A stretch of 64,000 nt of DNA from an uncultured Chloroflexia bacterium (GTDB lineage: Bacteria; Chloroflexota; Limnocylindria; Limnocylindrales; CSP1-4), in NCBI GenBank assembly GCA_963766685.1, contig CAVYBJ010000017.1, forward strand, positions 248,107 to 312,106. Reading direction: 5' to 3'. Below, piece by piece: positions 10,523-20,571 of the stretch (positions are counted from its first letter, which is position 1; every line of letters starts with the position of its first letter). The position numbers were made by a program, and so were the translations under genes. The notes beneath the pieces were generated by a model that made no database searches, had not been told where the DNA came from, and saw only the letters and a program-made list of their open reading frames with translations.

Positions 10523-11773
10523 GTGAGGCTTGCCACCACGCTGCACGTCGACCTGGACGCCTTCTTCGCGTCCGTCGAGCAGCGGGACCGCCCTGAGCTC
10601 CGCGGTCGACCCGTGGTCGTGGGTGGTGGTGGCCCCACCGACCGTGGCGTCGTCAGCGCCGCATCCTACGAGGCGCGGCGCTTCGGGATCCACTCGGCGA
10701 TGCCGTTGCGCACCGCCGCAGCCCTGTGTCCCACGGTGGTCTTCCTGCCTGTCGATGGCCGCCGGTACGCGGCGGTCAGCCGAGAGGTCATGCGCATCCT
10801 GCAGCGCTTCACGCCGCTGGTGGAGCCCATCTCCATCGACGAGGCCTTTCTGGACGTCGCCGGCTCAGAGCGGCTTCACGGCAGCCCGGTCGATATCGCT
10901 CGCTCGATCAAGGCTGCCATCCGCGACGAGCTGCAACTGACCGCCTCGGTCGGGGTCGCGACCAACAAGCTGGTGGCCAAGGTCGCCTCGGACCTGCAGA
11001 AGCCGGACGGCCTGGTGGTCGTCGAGCCGGGCCACGAGGCCGCATTCCTGGCGCCGCTTCCCGTCGGCCGGCTGTGGGGTGTCGGTGCGCGTACGGCCGA
11101 CGTGCTGGCGGAGTACGGCGTCCGGACCATCGGCGACCTGGCCGCCCTCCCGGACGACCTCCTGGCGCGCCGACTCGGCAAGCAGGGTCCCGTCCTGGCC
11201 GCCCGGGCCAGGGGTATCGACCCGTCCGAGGTCTCCGATGCGGAGGCTGCGCGGTCCATCAGCCACGAACACACCTTCGACATCGACACGTCCGATCGCG
11301 AGGCCCTGGAGCGCACGTTGCTGGCGCTCTGCGACGGCGTCGCAGCACGGCTGCGGGCCGGCCACGTCATGGCGCACACCGTGACCGTCAAGGTGCGCGA
11401 TGCATCCTTCACCACGGCGACCCGCCAGAGGACACTGGCCGCGCCGACCGACGAGACCGAGGTCATCTTCCGTGCTGCCCTCGAATTGGCCCGTCCTCGA
11501 TTCAGGGGTGTCAAGGTGAGGTTGCTGGGCGTGTCGGCTTCCCACCTCGACGCAGGCGAGCAGCTCTCGCTCTTCCGTGCCTCGGACGACCGCCACCGGC
11601 GCGCGACCCAGGCCGCGGACGAGATCCGCCGCCGGTTCGGCTCCAGGGCCATCCAGCGCGCCCGGCTCATCGGATCGGGCGTCCCGGAACCATTCGAGCG
11701 CGACCCGCTGCATCATCCCGACGCCGGCGCTGGCAAGTCTGCACGCTCGCGCGGTCCGAGCTCCGAGCCCTGA
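10523..11773 (+). CDS. dinB: DNA polymerase IV (Y-family translesion polymerase)
   Basis: LHVDLDAFFASVEQRDRPELRGRPVVVGG...SIDEAFLDV and palm/finger/little-finger motifs. A GTG start near 10523 is likely; the track ORF is over-extended at its 5' end. Confidence 0.85.
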   Translation: MRLATTLHVDLDAFFASVEQRDRPELRGRPVVVGGGGPTDRGVVSAASYEARRFGIHSAMPLRTAAALCPTVVFLPVDGRRYAAVSREVMRILQRFTPLVEPISIDEAFLDVAGSERLHGSPVDIARSIKAAIRDELQLTASVGVATNKLVAKVASDLQKPDGLVVVEPGHEAAFLAPLPVGRLWGVGARTADVLAEYGVRTIGDLAALPDDLLARRLGKQGPVLAARARGIDPSEVSDAEAARSISHEHTFDIDTSDREALERTLLALCDGVAARLRAGHVMAHTVTVKVRDASFTTATRQRTLAAPTDETEVIFRAALELARPRFRGVKVRLLGVSASHLDAGEQLSLFRASDDRHRRATQAADEIRRRFGSRAIQRARLIGSGVPEPFERDPLHHPDAGAGKSARSRGPSSEP

Positions 11774-11855
11774 GCCGAGCTCAGGGCGACGCGTGACAGG
11801 CTAGCTGGCACGGCTCATCGGCAGGCTTCGACGATGAGCGGTACGAGTTGACATT

Positions 11856-11869
11856 CGAACACTCGTTCT
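11856..11869 (+). promoter_or_regulatory. LexA-like box CGAACACTCGTTCT
   Basis: GAAC-N4-GTTC core with one mismatch to the lexA box. It lies between dinB and the 93-aa ORF. Confidence 0.55.
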
Positions 11870-11881
11870 GTATCGTGAGAT

Positions 11882-11895
11882 AGAACAGATGTTCG
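11882..11895 (+). promoter_or_regulatory. Second LexA-like box AGAACAGATGTTCG
   Basis: GAAC-N4-GTTC core 26 bp after the first box and about 60 bp upstream of the 11957 ORF. Confidence 0.55.
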
Positions 11896-11956
11896 TTGCA
11901 GCCGATGCGTGCCCCCTCGGCCTCCGCCGCTCGACCCGCATTGAGGAGGCGATGTC

Positions 11957-12238
11957 ATGATCAACTTCGAGGGTCTGTCGCTCGGCACGGCGGTCGCGGT
12001 CGATGGTCGTACCGGACGCCCGCGGGAGATCCGGGCCGGTGGCCAACGGCTGGCCATCACGGCCCTGGAGGCCGTTCGGGACGAGACCTCGGCCTATCCC
12101 GCGGACACCGGGCCGCGAACGGTCTTCGTGGTCCGCTCGGATGCGCGGCGCTATCGACTCGTGCACCTGCTCGGTGAGCGGCGCTGGACGATCGAGGAGT
12201 TGTCGTCTCAGGGCACCGCCGCCACGCGTGCCGCCTGA
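11957..12238 (+). CDS. Uncharacterised 93-aa protein downstream of the twin SOS boxes
   Basis: ATG ORF, MINFEGLSLGTAVAVDGRTGRPREIRAGGQRLAITALEAV.... I recognise no family. Confidence 0.45.
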   Translation: MINFEGLSLGTAVAVDGRTGRPREIRAGGQRLAITALEAVRDETSAYPADTGPRTVFVVRSDARRYRLVHLLGERRWTIEELSSQGTAATRAA

Positions 12239-12377
12239 AGCAGGACCGCGGTCATCGCCAAGCCCATCCTGACGACCGGGACGTCGGTGGCCCCCGGCCA
12301 CCATGCGAGAATGCGCCGCATGACTGAAGAGCGCAGGGGCTTCCGCGGATCAGACCCTCGAGGAGTTCAGCACCGCC

Positions 12378-12983
12378 TTGGCATCCGGGGAGCCGGTTCC
12401 GGGAGGCGGGAGCGCCGCCGCCGTCGCGGGCGCGCTCGCAGCCAGCCTGTGCAGCATGGTCGTCCGCCTCTCGCTCGATCGACCAGCCCTGCAGGCGCAC
12501 GCCAGCCTCCACGTAGAGGGGCTCGCCATCTCGGATGCGGCCCGCTCGCGCTTCCTCGATCTCGCGGATGAGGACGCCGCAGCCTACGCGGCCTATCGTG
12601 CGGCACGCCGCATGCCACACGACACGGACGAGCAGTCGGCGGCTCGCGATGCCGCCACTCGCCAGGCTGCCCTGGTGTCCGCTGAGGTACCCCTCAGAGT
12701 CGTTGATGCCTGCCGCCAGCAGGTGGCGATCGCGGAGCGTCTCGTGGGCCGGACGAACCGAAACGCTGCCAGCGATCTGGATGTGGCGGCTCTGCTGCTG
12801 GATGCGTCCGCGAGAGCTGCCGCCGCCAACGTGCTCGTCAATCTTCCTGCCATCGGTGATGAGGGCCTCGCATCCGGGATGCGCCTCCGCGTGGAGGAAG
12901 ACCTCCAGCAGGTCAGGGAGACAGCCTCCCGCGTCAGGGGTCTGGTCGCGACGGGCGGGCAGCGACCAGTGGAACCCGCATGA
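12378..12983 (+). CDS. Formiminotransferase-cyclodeaminase C-terminal-like (cyclodeaminase / methenyl-THF cyclohydrolase family) protein
   Basis: PVPGGGSAAAVAGALAASLCSMV motif of the FTCD_C family. TTG start; the frame is open from 12313. The stop overlaps the folD ATG (ATGA). Confidence 0.7.
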   Translation: MASGEPVPGGGSAAAVAGALAASLCSMVVRLSLDRPALQAHASLHVEGLAISDAARSRFLDLADEDAAAYAAYRAARRMPHDTDEQSAARDAATRQAALVSAEVPLRVVDACRQQVAIAERLVGRTNRNAASDLDVAALLLDASARAAAANVLVNLPAIGDEGLASGMRLRVEEDLQQVRETASRVRGLVATGGQRPVEPA

Positions 12984-13879
12984 GCCAGGTCGGGGGGCCC
13001 GGCAGCGCAGCCACGCTGCTTGACGGGCGTTCCATGGCGCAGGCGATGCTCGCGGAGACCCGGGAGGAGATCGCCGCGCTGACCTTGCGGCGCGGCTCGG
13101 TCCCGGAGATCCGCGTGCTGCTGGTGGGAGACGATGCAGCCTCGGCGGTGTACGCCAGGCGCATCCTTCGCTCGGCGGAGGCCGTGGGCTCGACCGGCCG
13201 CCTGGTCACGCTCCCCGGCGACTCGGAGGTGGCGTCCGTGCGCGCAGCTCTGGCTGAGCTGAGCAGTGACCCTGCCGTCGCCGGGATCATCATGCAGTTG
13301 CCGCTCCCTCCGGGACTGGAACTGGCGAGCATCATCGACGCGCTCGACCCTCGCAAGGATCTTGACGGCATCCACCCCTTCAATGCCGGGCTGGTGTCGC
13401 GAGGGGCGGGTGGCTTCGCGCCGTCCTGCGCAGAAGCCGCCATCGAGATCCTGAAACGATCAGGGATCGCCATGGCGGGTCGTCCCGCCGTGGTCGTCGG
13501 TCGCAGCAACGTCGTGGGCCGTCCGGCACAGCTGCTCCTCATCGCGGAGGACGCCACGGTCACGGTCTGCCACCGCAAGACCACGGACCTCGACGCGCAG
13601 ATGCGGCGAGCGGAGATCGTCGTCGTGGCTGCCGGCGCGGCCGGGCTCGTCAGGGGTGGGGCCATCCAGCCCGGTGCCACGGTGATCGACTGCGGGATCA
13701 ACGTCCTCGAGGACGGCTCGATCGTGGGTGACGTCGACCTCGCTTCGGTGCTGCCCGTGGCCGGCGCCATCACCCCGGTGCCGGGCGGTGTCGGTCCGGT
13801 CACCAACGCGGTGCTCATGCGCCATCTTGCGCGCGCGGCGCGCATGCGACTGGCTGACGGGCCGAACGCGGCTGACTGA
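12980..13879 (+). CDS. folD: Bifunctional methylene-THF dehydrogenase / methenyl-THF cyclohydrolase
   Basis: LLDGRSMAQAMLAET..., IIMQLPLP, VVVGRSNVVGRPAQLLL and PVPGGVGPVT motifs. Confidence 0.9.
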   Translation: MSQVGGPGSAATLLDGRSMAQAMLAETREEIAALTLRRGSVPEIRVLLVGDDAASAVYARRILRSAEAVGSTGRLVTLPGDSEVASVRAALAELSSDPAVAGIIMQLPLPPGLELASIIDALDPRKDLDGIHPFNAGLVSRGAGGFAPSCAEAAIEILKRSGIAMAGRPAVVVGRSNVVGRPAQLLLIAEDATVTVCHRKTTDLDAQMRRAEIVVVAAGAAGLVRGGAIQPGATVIDCGINVLEDGSIVGDVDLASVLPVAGAITPVPGGVGPVTNAVLMRHLARAARMRLADGPNAAD

Positions 13880-13920
13880 GCGACACGGACATGGGTGCTG
13901 CGGGCATGGCATCCTGACGC

Positions 13921-15617
13921 GCATGCCCACCAGCCTTCAGATCGCCCAGGACGCGGCGCTGCGTCCGATCACCGACATCGCGTCCGAACTCGGACTCCTG
14001 CCCGACGAGATCGAGCCCTACGGTCGCTACAAGGCCAAGATCCGCCTCGAGGTGCTCGATCGCCTGGCCGATCAGCCCGATGGCCGGGAGATCATCGTCA
14101 CGGCCATCACGCCCACGCCGCTCGGGGAAGGCAAGACCACCACCACCATCGGCCTTGCCCAGGGGCTCAACCGCCTCGGCGTTCGCGCGGCGGTGGCGAT
14201 CCGGCAGCCCTCCCTTGGGCCGGTCTTCGGCATCAAGGGTGGCGGCGCCGGTGGCGGCTACAGCCAGGTGCTGCCGATGGAGGACATCAACCTCCATTTC
14301 ACGGGCGACATCCACGCCGTCACGGCAGCTCACGACCTTGGAGCAGCCTTCCTCGACAACCACCTGCTGCGCGGCAACCAGTTCGGCATCGATGTCTCCA
14401 CCGTCCGCTGGCCGCGGGTGCTGGACGTGAACGACCGCATCCTGCGACGCGTGCGCCTGGGCCTGGGTGAGGCAGAAGAGCTCCAGCACGAGGGCGAGTT
14501 CCACATCACGGCCGCATCCGAGGTGATGGCCGTGCTGGCCCTCTCCACGGACCTCCAGGACCTGCGCCGTCGCATCGGCCGCATCATCGTGGCCGAGACC
14601 AGCGATGGCCGCGCGGTCACGATGGAGGACCTCAAGGCGGCCGGTGCCATGACCGTCCTGCTGCGCGACGCCATCAAGCCCAACCTGGTGCAGACAGTCG
14701 AGGGTGGGCCGGCCTTCGTGCACGCCGGGCCGTTCGCCAACATCGCCCATGGCAACTCGTCCGTCGTGGCCGACCGCGTGGCTCTCAAGCTGAACGAGGC
14801 GGTCTGCACGGAGGGCGGCTTCGCGTCCGACATGGGCCTCCAGAAGTTCATGGACATCAAGTGCCGCCTGTCCGGGCTGCGCCCATCCGCAGCCGTCATC
14901 GTGGCCACCATCCGCGCTCTCAAGATGCACGGCGGCGTCGGCAAGGTCGTGGCCGGTCAGCCACTCGACCCTGAGTTGCTGAAGGAGGACCCGGACGCGG
15001 TACGCCGTGGGGCTGAGAACCTTGCCCAGCACATCGCCATCGTGGCCAACTACGCCGTGCCGGCCGTCGTCGCCATCAACACGTTCCCGACCGACCACGC
15101 CTCGGAGTTCCAGGCGGCTCGCGAGGCGGCGCTGGCCGCGGGCGCGGAGGACGTCGTGGTCTCGCGGCACTTCGCCGATGGGGGAGAGGGCGCGCTGGAC
15201 CTTGCCCGCGCGGTCTGGGCCGCCGCCCAGAAGGGCGCCCCGGACTTCCGGCTCCTTTCCCGGGAGGGCGCCTCGCTGCGCGAGCAGATCGAAGACATCG
15301 CGACGCGCGTGTACGGCGCAGACGGTGTGGACCTCGCGCCGCAGGCGGAGGCCTCTCTCGATGCCATCGAGCGCCTGGGCTACGGCGGCGTGCCGATCTG
15401 CATGGCCAAGACGCAGTCCTCGCTGAGCCATGACCCGGCGCTCAAGGGACGCCCGCGCGGCTGGCGGCTGCCGATCCGGGACGCTCGCCTCTTCGCCGGG
15501 GCGGGCTTCGTGACGGCCTACTGCGGGAACATGATGACGATGCCTGGGCTTCCCACCCACCCGGCTGGGGAGGACGTGGACATCGACGCCGATGGACGGA
15601 TCGTCGGTCTCTTCTAG
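13921..15617 (+). CDS. fhs: Formate--tetrahydrofolate ligase
   Basis: TPTPLGEGKTTTTIGLAQGL P-loop and full-length FTHFS homology from MPTSLQIAQDAALRPI. The track ORF starts too early. Confidence 0.9.
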
Positions 15618-15683
15618 GCTCGGTCCCGGGCCCGCCCGGACGAGGCCGTCACCCGCGCGGCCGTTGACCTCCCGCGGTCGCGC

Positions 15684-15909
15684 TCACGTGTGCGAGGCGA
15701 CGTAGAGAGCGAGGGCAGTGACCAGGCCCACGGCACCTCCGGCGACCGCATATGCCCAGGCGACGAGGTCCGGCGGCCCCAGCGGCTCAGCCGCATCCCG
15801 GTGGCCGTGCGCCACCGGCCATGCCCGGGTCGTGGTCAACGGCAGCCTGATGGTCGTCGTGGGCAAGGGCGGCGTCGACGGAGCCGGCGTGGGGATCGGT
15901 GACGGACAT
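15684..15909 (-). CDS. Small His-rich protein with a C-terminal TM helix (about 75 aa; one frame break near 15795)
   Basis: MSVTDPHAGSVDAALAHDDHQAAVDHDPGMAGGA then, after a frame break, HGHRDAAEPLGPPDLVAWAYAVAGGAVGLVTALALYVASHT. It sits immediately downstream of the ABC substrate-binding gene on the same strand. Confidence 0.3.
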
Positions 15910-15929
15910 GGGTGCAGTATCTGACATCG

Positions 15930-17000
15930 TCAGGGCAGCAGCTGGTCCGTGACGAGCTCGTCGACGGGCGGCGGGGTCGAGACGACGGTGTCCGGCAGGG
16001 CTGCCACGGTGCTCACGGCGGAGGCCCAGGTCTCCAGGTCGATGCTGCCCAGGCCGTGGAGCTTCGTGTCGTCGCTCTGCCAAGCGTCGATGGTGGCCTC
16101 CAGGATCGCCAGCTGGGTGGCCGGATCGGCCGCCAGCTCCGGCACGCGAGCGAAGGTGGCGTCGAGCCCTCGTTGCGGGTCGGCGGCGATGTCCTCCATC
16201 GCTCGCAAGGTGGCCTTGGTGAACGCCCGCAATGCGTCGCCCTTGGTTTCCAGCGTGCTCGTCCCCACGACGAGACCAGGCCCCGGAAGTGGGGCCACGT
16301 CATCGACACGCATGACGCGGACGTCCAGCCCCTCGCGAGCCAGTTGGACCGGCTCGTTGTTGAGGTAGCCGATGGCCGCGTCGACCTGGCCCTCCGCGAC
16401 GGCCACGCCGTGCCCGAAGTCCGGATAGGACACGATCTCCACGTCGTCCGGGGTCAGGCCTCCGGATGCCAGCAGCGCCTGGAGCGCGATCCAGGACGAT
16501 CCGAAGCGGCCGGGGATGCCGATCGACTTCCCCGCCAGGTCCGAGACCTCGTTGATGCCGCTCTCCGCGAGAGAGAAGAGGACGTTCGGGAAGCGCGCGA
16601 AGATGGTGGCACCGTAGCGGACCGGGATGCCCTGGCTCACCGCCGGGATGAGGCTTGTCCCGTCGGCCAGGCCGACGTCCACGGCGCCCTGCCCGATGAG
16701 CGTGATGAGCTCCGGGTCCACCTTGTTCTGGAACGTCACGTCCAGCCCCGCGTCGGCGTAGTAGCCGGCCTCATCGGCCAGGTAGAACTGCGCGAACTGA
16801 ACGCTGGGGATGTAGCCCAGGCCCACCGTCAGGCTCGTCGGCGCCGGAGAGGGGCTGGCCTCCTGAGCCAGCACCGGGACGCTGGCTGGGCTGCCCGCCA
16901 GAAGGCCCGCCAGCAGCAGGCCAGCCAGCAGGGTGGAGCGTGAGCGATGGGCGTGCCACGGCCGTGCCCCTGGGGTCGGTCGGTCCTGGGATCTCGACAT
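15930..17000 (-). CDS. ABC transporter substrate-binding protein, NitT/TauT (NMT1/SsuA-like) family
   Basis: A signal peptide followed by an SsuA/THI5-like periplasmic domain. Confidence 0.8.
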   Translation of the reverse strand: MSRSQDRPTPGARPWHAHRSRSTLLAGLLLAGLLAGSPASVPVLAQEASPSPAPTSLTVGLGYIPSVQFAQFYLADEAGYYADAGLDVTFQNKVDPELITLIGQGAVDVGLADGTSLIPAVSQGIPVRYGATIFARFPNVLFSLAESGINEVSDLAGKSIGIPGRFGSSWIALQALLASGGLTPDDVEIVSYPDFGHGVAVAEGQVDAAIGYLNNEPVQLAREGLDVRVMRVDDVAPLPGPGLVVGTSTLETKGDALRAFTKATLRAMEDIAADPQRGLDATFARVPELAADPATQLAILEATIDAWQSDDTKLHGLGSIDLETWASAVSTVAALPDTVVSTPPPVDELVTDQLLP

Positions 17001-17020
17001 GCGTGCCTGCCTTTCGGGTC

Positions 17021-17827
17021 TCAGTGTGCGGCCGGCACGAGCCGGCGCTCGATGGAGATGACGATGAGGTAGAGCCCAACGCCAAGGAGTGCGATGGTGA
17101 GGAGCGTCGCGAACATGAGGGGCACGTCGAACATGCTGCCGCGCGCCAGGTTGACGAGCACACCCAGCCCCTGGTCACCGCCGGCCCACTCGGCCACGAT
17201 GGCGCCCACCACGGCCAACGTGACGCCGACGCGCAGGCCACCCAGGATCTGGGGCAGGGCCGAGGGCACCTCGATGCGGCTCAGCAGCTGCCAGCGCGTC
17301 GCCCGCAGGCTTCGCCCCATCTCGACCAGACGAGAGTCGACCGAGCGGATGCCGACCATGGTCCCGACCGCGATGGGGAAGTAGCAGATGAGCGCGCAGA
17401 TGAGCAGCCGGCTGGTCAGCCCCGTGCCGAACCAGAGGGCGATGAGCGGTGCCAGGGCCAGGATCGGGGTGGCCTGCGCCGCCACGAGGTAGGGCGAAAG
17501 CATGCGCGCCGCCAGCCGCGAGCGGGCCAGGAGGATGCCCGTCAGGATGCCCGCCAGGCCGCCCACGGCGAGTCCCAGCAGGACCTCCGCCAGGGTGGTC
17601 ACGAAGTGCGGCCAGATGGTGCCTTCAAGCCAGCCGCTTGCGAAGCGCTGTCCCACCACCAGTGGCCCGGGCAGGATGAAGCGCGGGTAGTCGCCCACGA
17701 TGACGACGAGCTGCCAGGCGAGGACGAAGACGCCCGCCGCGACGGCCACCGGCGCCACGTCGTGGCGCAGGCGACGCCAGGCGGATGACGTTCCCGCGAC
17801 GGGCGGCTGTTCCGCGGTCGCTGTCAT
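17021..17827 (-). CDS. ABC transporter permease (NitT/TauT family)
   Basis: Six predicted TM helices and a BPD_transp_1 signature region. Confidence 0.8.
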   Translation of the reverse strand: MTATAEQPPVAGTSSAWRRLRHDVAPVAVAAGVFVLAWQLVVIVGDYPRFILPGPLVVGQRFASGWLEGTIWPHFVTTLAEVLLGLAVGGLAGILTGILLARSRLAARMLSPYLVAAQATPILALAPLIALWFGTGLTSRLLICALICYFPIAVGTMVGIRSVDSRLVEMGRSLRATRWQLLSRIEVPSALPQILGGLRVGVTLAVVGAIVAEWAGGDQGLGVLVNLARGSMFDVPLMFATLLTIALLGVGLYLIVISIERRLVPAAH

Positions 17828-18762
17828 CAGGCCGCCGTCCCGCGAACGTCGATCGTGCCCTGCCCGAGATCGGCATCACCTTGGGCCAGGAGTGCGCGGA
17901 CCTGGTCGGCGGCGATCCCGAAGGTGGCGGCGTCACTGCCGGAGAGTCGGCGCGGACGCGCGGCCGTGACCGCCACCTCGGCGAGGATGCGACCCGGCCG
18001 GGGCGTCATCACGAGCACGCGATCGGATACGAACACGGCCTCGGAGATGCTGTGCGTGACCAGCACGATGGTGGTGCCCGTGCGACCCCAGAGATCCAAC
18101 AGCTCGGCATCCAGGCGCTCGCGCGTCATGGCGTCGAGGGCGCTGAACGGCTCGTCCAGCAGCAGCACGTCCGGTCTGGGGGCCAGCGCGCGGGCCAGCG
18201 CGGCACGCTGGGCCATGCCGCCGGAAAGCTGATGGGGCGACGCCCCCGCGAACGACTCGAGGTCGGTCAGGGCCAGCACCTCGCGGGCCCGCGCCTCGCG
18301 CTCACCTCGCTCCATACCCGCCAGCTCCAAGGGCAGCGCCACGTTGTCCAGGACCGTTCGCCAGGGCAGCAGGCGGGGTTCCTGGAAGACCAGCCCGACA
18401 CGTGGGTCGACCCCGGTGACGCTGGAGCCGAACGACAGGACCGTGCCGCGATCGGGTGGGAGCAGGCCGCTGATGACGCGAAGGAGCGTGGACTTGCCAC
18501 ACCCGTTGGGGCCCACGATGGCCACCACCTCGCGCTCGCGGACACGCAGGTCCAGCCCGTCAAGGGCAGCCAGGCGAGTGCCCGTGATCTCGAAGCTGCG
18601 GCTGACCCCGCGGAGCTCGATGGCGTCCGTTGATGCGACCTCCCGCCCCGGGCCGTCTGGGGTCGAACGGAGGAGACGGACGCGACCGGACGTGCCGGTT
18701 TGCGCGCCACGAGCGACGGACGCCGACTCGTTCGTCGGCGGTCGCCTCTCTCCTTCTTCCAT
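17827..18762 (-). CDS. ABC transporter ATP-binding protein (NitT/TauT family)
   Basis: GPNGCGKSTLLRVISGL Walker A, LSGGMAQRAALARAL signature, LLLDEPFSALD Walker B. The start is uncertain; the track ORF begins about 77 codons upstream in an Arg-rich stretch. Confidence 0.8.
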   Translation of the reverse strand: MEEGERRPPTNESASVARGAQTGTSGRVRLLRSTPDGPGREVASTDAIELRGVSRSFEITGTRLAALDGLDLRVREREVVAIVGPNGCGKSTLLRVISGLLPPDRGTVLSFGSSVTGVDPRVGLVFQEPRLLPWRTVLDNVALPLELAGMERGEREARAREVLALTDLESFAGASPHQLSGGMAQRAALARALAPRPDVLLLDEPFSALDAMTRERLDAELLDLWGRTGTTIVLVTHSISEAVFVSDRVLVMTPRPGRILAEVAVTAARPRRLSGSDAATFGIAADQVRALLAQGDADLGQGTIDVRGTAA

Positions 18763-19025
18763 CCGGACTGTGACCGTCGGCTCCCTGCGAAGGATCGACC
18801 GCCGTGCTGAGCGGCGGCTCGTGGGCTGGCAGCGAACCATCCTGGCCCGTCTGCCGACCACCGGTAGGGGATTGCACCCGACCCCGAAGGTGAGGCGTGC
18901 TATGGCGAGTTGTGACTCGACTATAGCAGTGGGTCCCGGCAGTCCCGGTGAGGCGATGGTCACCATGCGGAGGGCCACATGGTTCGCGTGCACGTCTTGG
19001 GCTTCTGGGGCATCCTTGCCGCGGA

Positions 19026-19739
19026 ATGACGCGCCGACTCACCCCAGCCGGCATCCTCGTCGTCGCGCTGGCCGGCCTCGTCGCCGGAGGCTGCAGCGCA
19101 CCAGTGGGTGCCGTGTTCCAAACCCTGCTCGACCCATTGGAGGCGCCAGCCTCCCCGATGGAGGCTGTCCTGGAGGTCCCCGAGGCGGTCTCCAGCGCTG
19201 GTGGTGAGACGTGGTGGCCGCACCCGGACGGCTACGCCATGACGCTGCCGTCCGGCTGGAGCGGTGCCGCGCTGGATGACGCGCAGCTCAGCCAGCTCGT
19301 TGACGCGGTCTCGCTGGCGTCGCCCGACCTGGCACTGCGCATCGAGGACGTCCTCGATGTCACCAACTCTCGGGTGAGCGCCGTGGCGGGCGACCTGGGC
19401 GCGATCGATGACCTGCCGCCACTGCTCATCGTCCTGGCGGAGCCGACCGAGGACCAGCAAGCGCACGCCGTCAAGTCGCTCGTGAAGGACCAGATCTCCA
19501 GCCTTCCCGGCCTGAGCGGCGGCCCCTTCCGCGACGACGTCACCTTGCCGACCGCACGGGGAGTTCGCTTCGACTTCAGCCTCGAGGACCCGGACCTCGG
19601 CGCCATCCAGGTCCGTTCGTACCTGTTCCGCTTCGGCGGTGATGCCTACCTCGTCTGCTTCGTGGCATCGGAGGACGGCTTCGAGGACGCGGAGGCCGTC
19701 TTCGAGGCCATCGCTGCCAGCCTCCGCTTCGGGGTCTGA
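19026..19739 (+). CDS. Putative lipoprotein of unknown function
   Basis: Signal peptide with a lipobox LVAGGC, then a soluble domain with no recognised family. Confidence 0.5.
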   Translation: MTRRLTPAGILVVALAGLVAGGCSAPVGAVFQTLLDPLEAPASPMEAVLEVPEAVSSAGGETWWPHPDGYAMTLPSGWSGAALDDAQLSQLVDAVSLASPDLALRIEDVLDVTNSRVSAVAGDLGAIDDLPPLLIVLAEPTEDQQAHAVKSLVKDQISSLPGLSGGPFRDDVTLPTARGVRFDFSLEDPDLGAIQVRSYLFRFGGDAYLVCFVASEDGFEDAEAVFEAIAASLRFGV

Positions 19740-19757
19740 CGGCCGTAGACTCAGCCG

Positions 19758-20561
19758 GTGAACAGGCAGCAAGACGTCCGGATCGTGGATGTCACCGATG
19801 ATGCCTCCTGGTCGCTGCTGCCCGCCTGCGCCGACCCCCGCTTCGACCATCGCAGCTGCGACTACTGGGAGGACGCCGTCCGGGGCTTGAAGACGGCGCG
19901 CGCCTCCTGGTGGCAGGCCAGTCCCGCGCCAGCGCCCCGCGCCAACCCGCGAGCGATGGCTGACAATCCGTTCGCTCCGCCTCCGGGCAGCGGGCCAACC
20001 TTCAACCCCTTCGCGCCGACGCCCGACAGGCCGACACCTGACCCATGGTCCCTCCTGGCAGATGAGGACGATGCCTCGACGGGGTCTGCCTTCAACCCGT
20101 TCCTGGCACCGCCACCGACCGACCCCCGGCCCGGTGCCGACGTACCCCGCAAGCTGCGCCTGCTGACCAGGGGCCTCGTGGTCTTCGGGTCGTACGCCAA
20201 GGTCTTGCTGGTGGACGGCGCCCCGATGGCCTATGCGCAGTTCGGACCGCTGTCCGCGTATCCGCGGGCCCAGCAGATCCGCGATCTCTATCCGGCGCTT
20301 CCCAGCTCGCCACTGCCGGCGGTCATCACCTGCGTGTCCACGAGCCGTGCGGCCCGGGGGGCCGGCCTGGGCACGCAGCTCGTCAGTGCGGTGATCGCGG
20401 ACCTGGCCTCCCGCGGCTTTGCGGCGGTGGAGGCCTATCCGGACCTGACCCTGACCGAGGACGAGGCGTCCGCCGCGCACCCCCGCTTCTGGGAACGCTG
20501 CGGGTTCGCCATGGCCATCGCCGACGAGCGCTATCCGGTGATGCGCACCGAGCTGCACTAG
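19758..20561 (+). CDS. GNAT-fold acetyltransferase-like protein with a Pro-rich insert containing three NPF(A/L)PPP repeats
   Basis: The C-terminal region carries the GNAT core, including the ...RGAGLGTQLV... segment. The insert carries DNPFAPPP, FNPFAPTP and FNPFLAPPP. Confidence 0.5.
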   Translation: MNRQQDVRIVDVTDDASWSLLPACADPRFDHRSCDYWEDAVRGLKTARASWWQASPAPAPRANPRAMADNPFAPPPGSGPTFNPFAPTPDRPTPDPWSLLADEDDASTGSAFNPFLAPPPTDPRPGADVPRKLRLLTRGLVVFGSYAKVLLVDGAPMAYAQFGPLSAYPRAQQIRDLYPALPSSPLPAVITCVSTSRAARGAGLGTQLVSAVIADLASRGFAAVEAYPDLTLTEDEASAAHPRFWERCGFAMAIADERYPVMRTELH

Positions 20562-20571
20562 GAGGGACGAC

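Noticed and set aside
10331-10530. An SOS box expected upstream of dinB
   Set aside because: No GAAC-N4-GTTC motif was found in the 10480-10525 region by eye. dinB may be constitutively expressed or co-transcribed with rplI here.
18763-18993. A long 5' leader upstream of the ABC ATPase gene, checked for a TPP (THI-box) riboswitch because NitT/TauT transporters often import thiamine precursors
   Set aside because: No CTGAGA / GGGGTGC...ACCTGATCTGGATAATGCCAGCG core elements are recognisable. Only an imperfect palindrome (CTATGGCGAGT..ACTCGACTATAG) is present.
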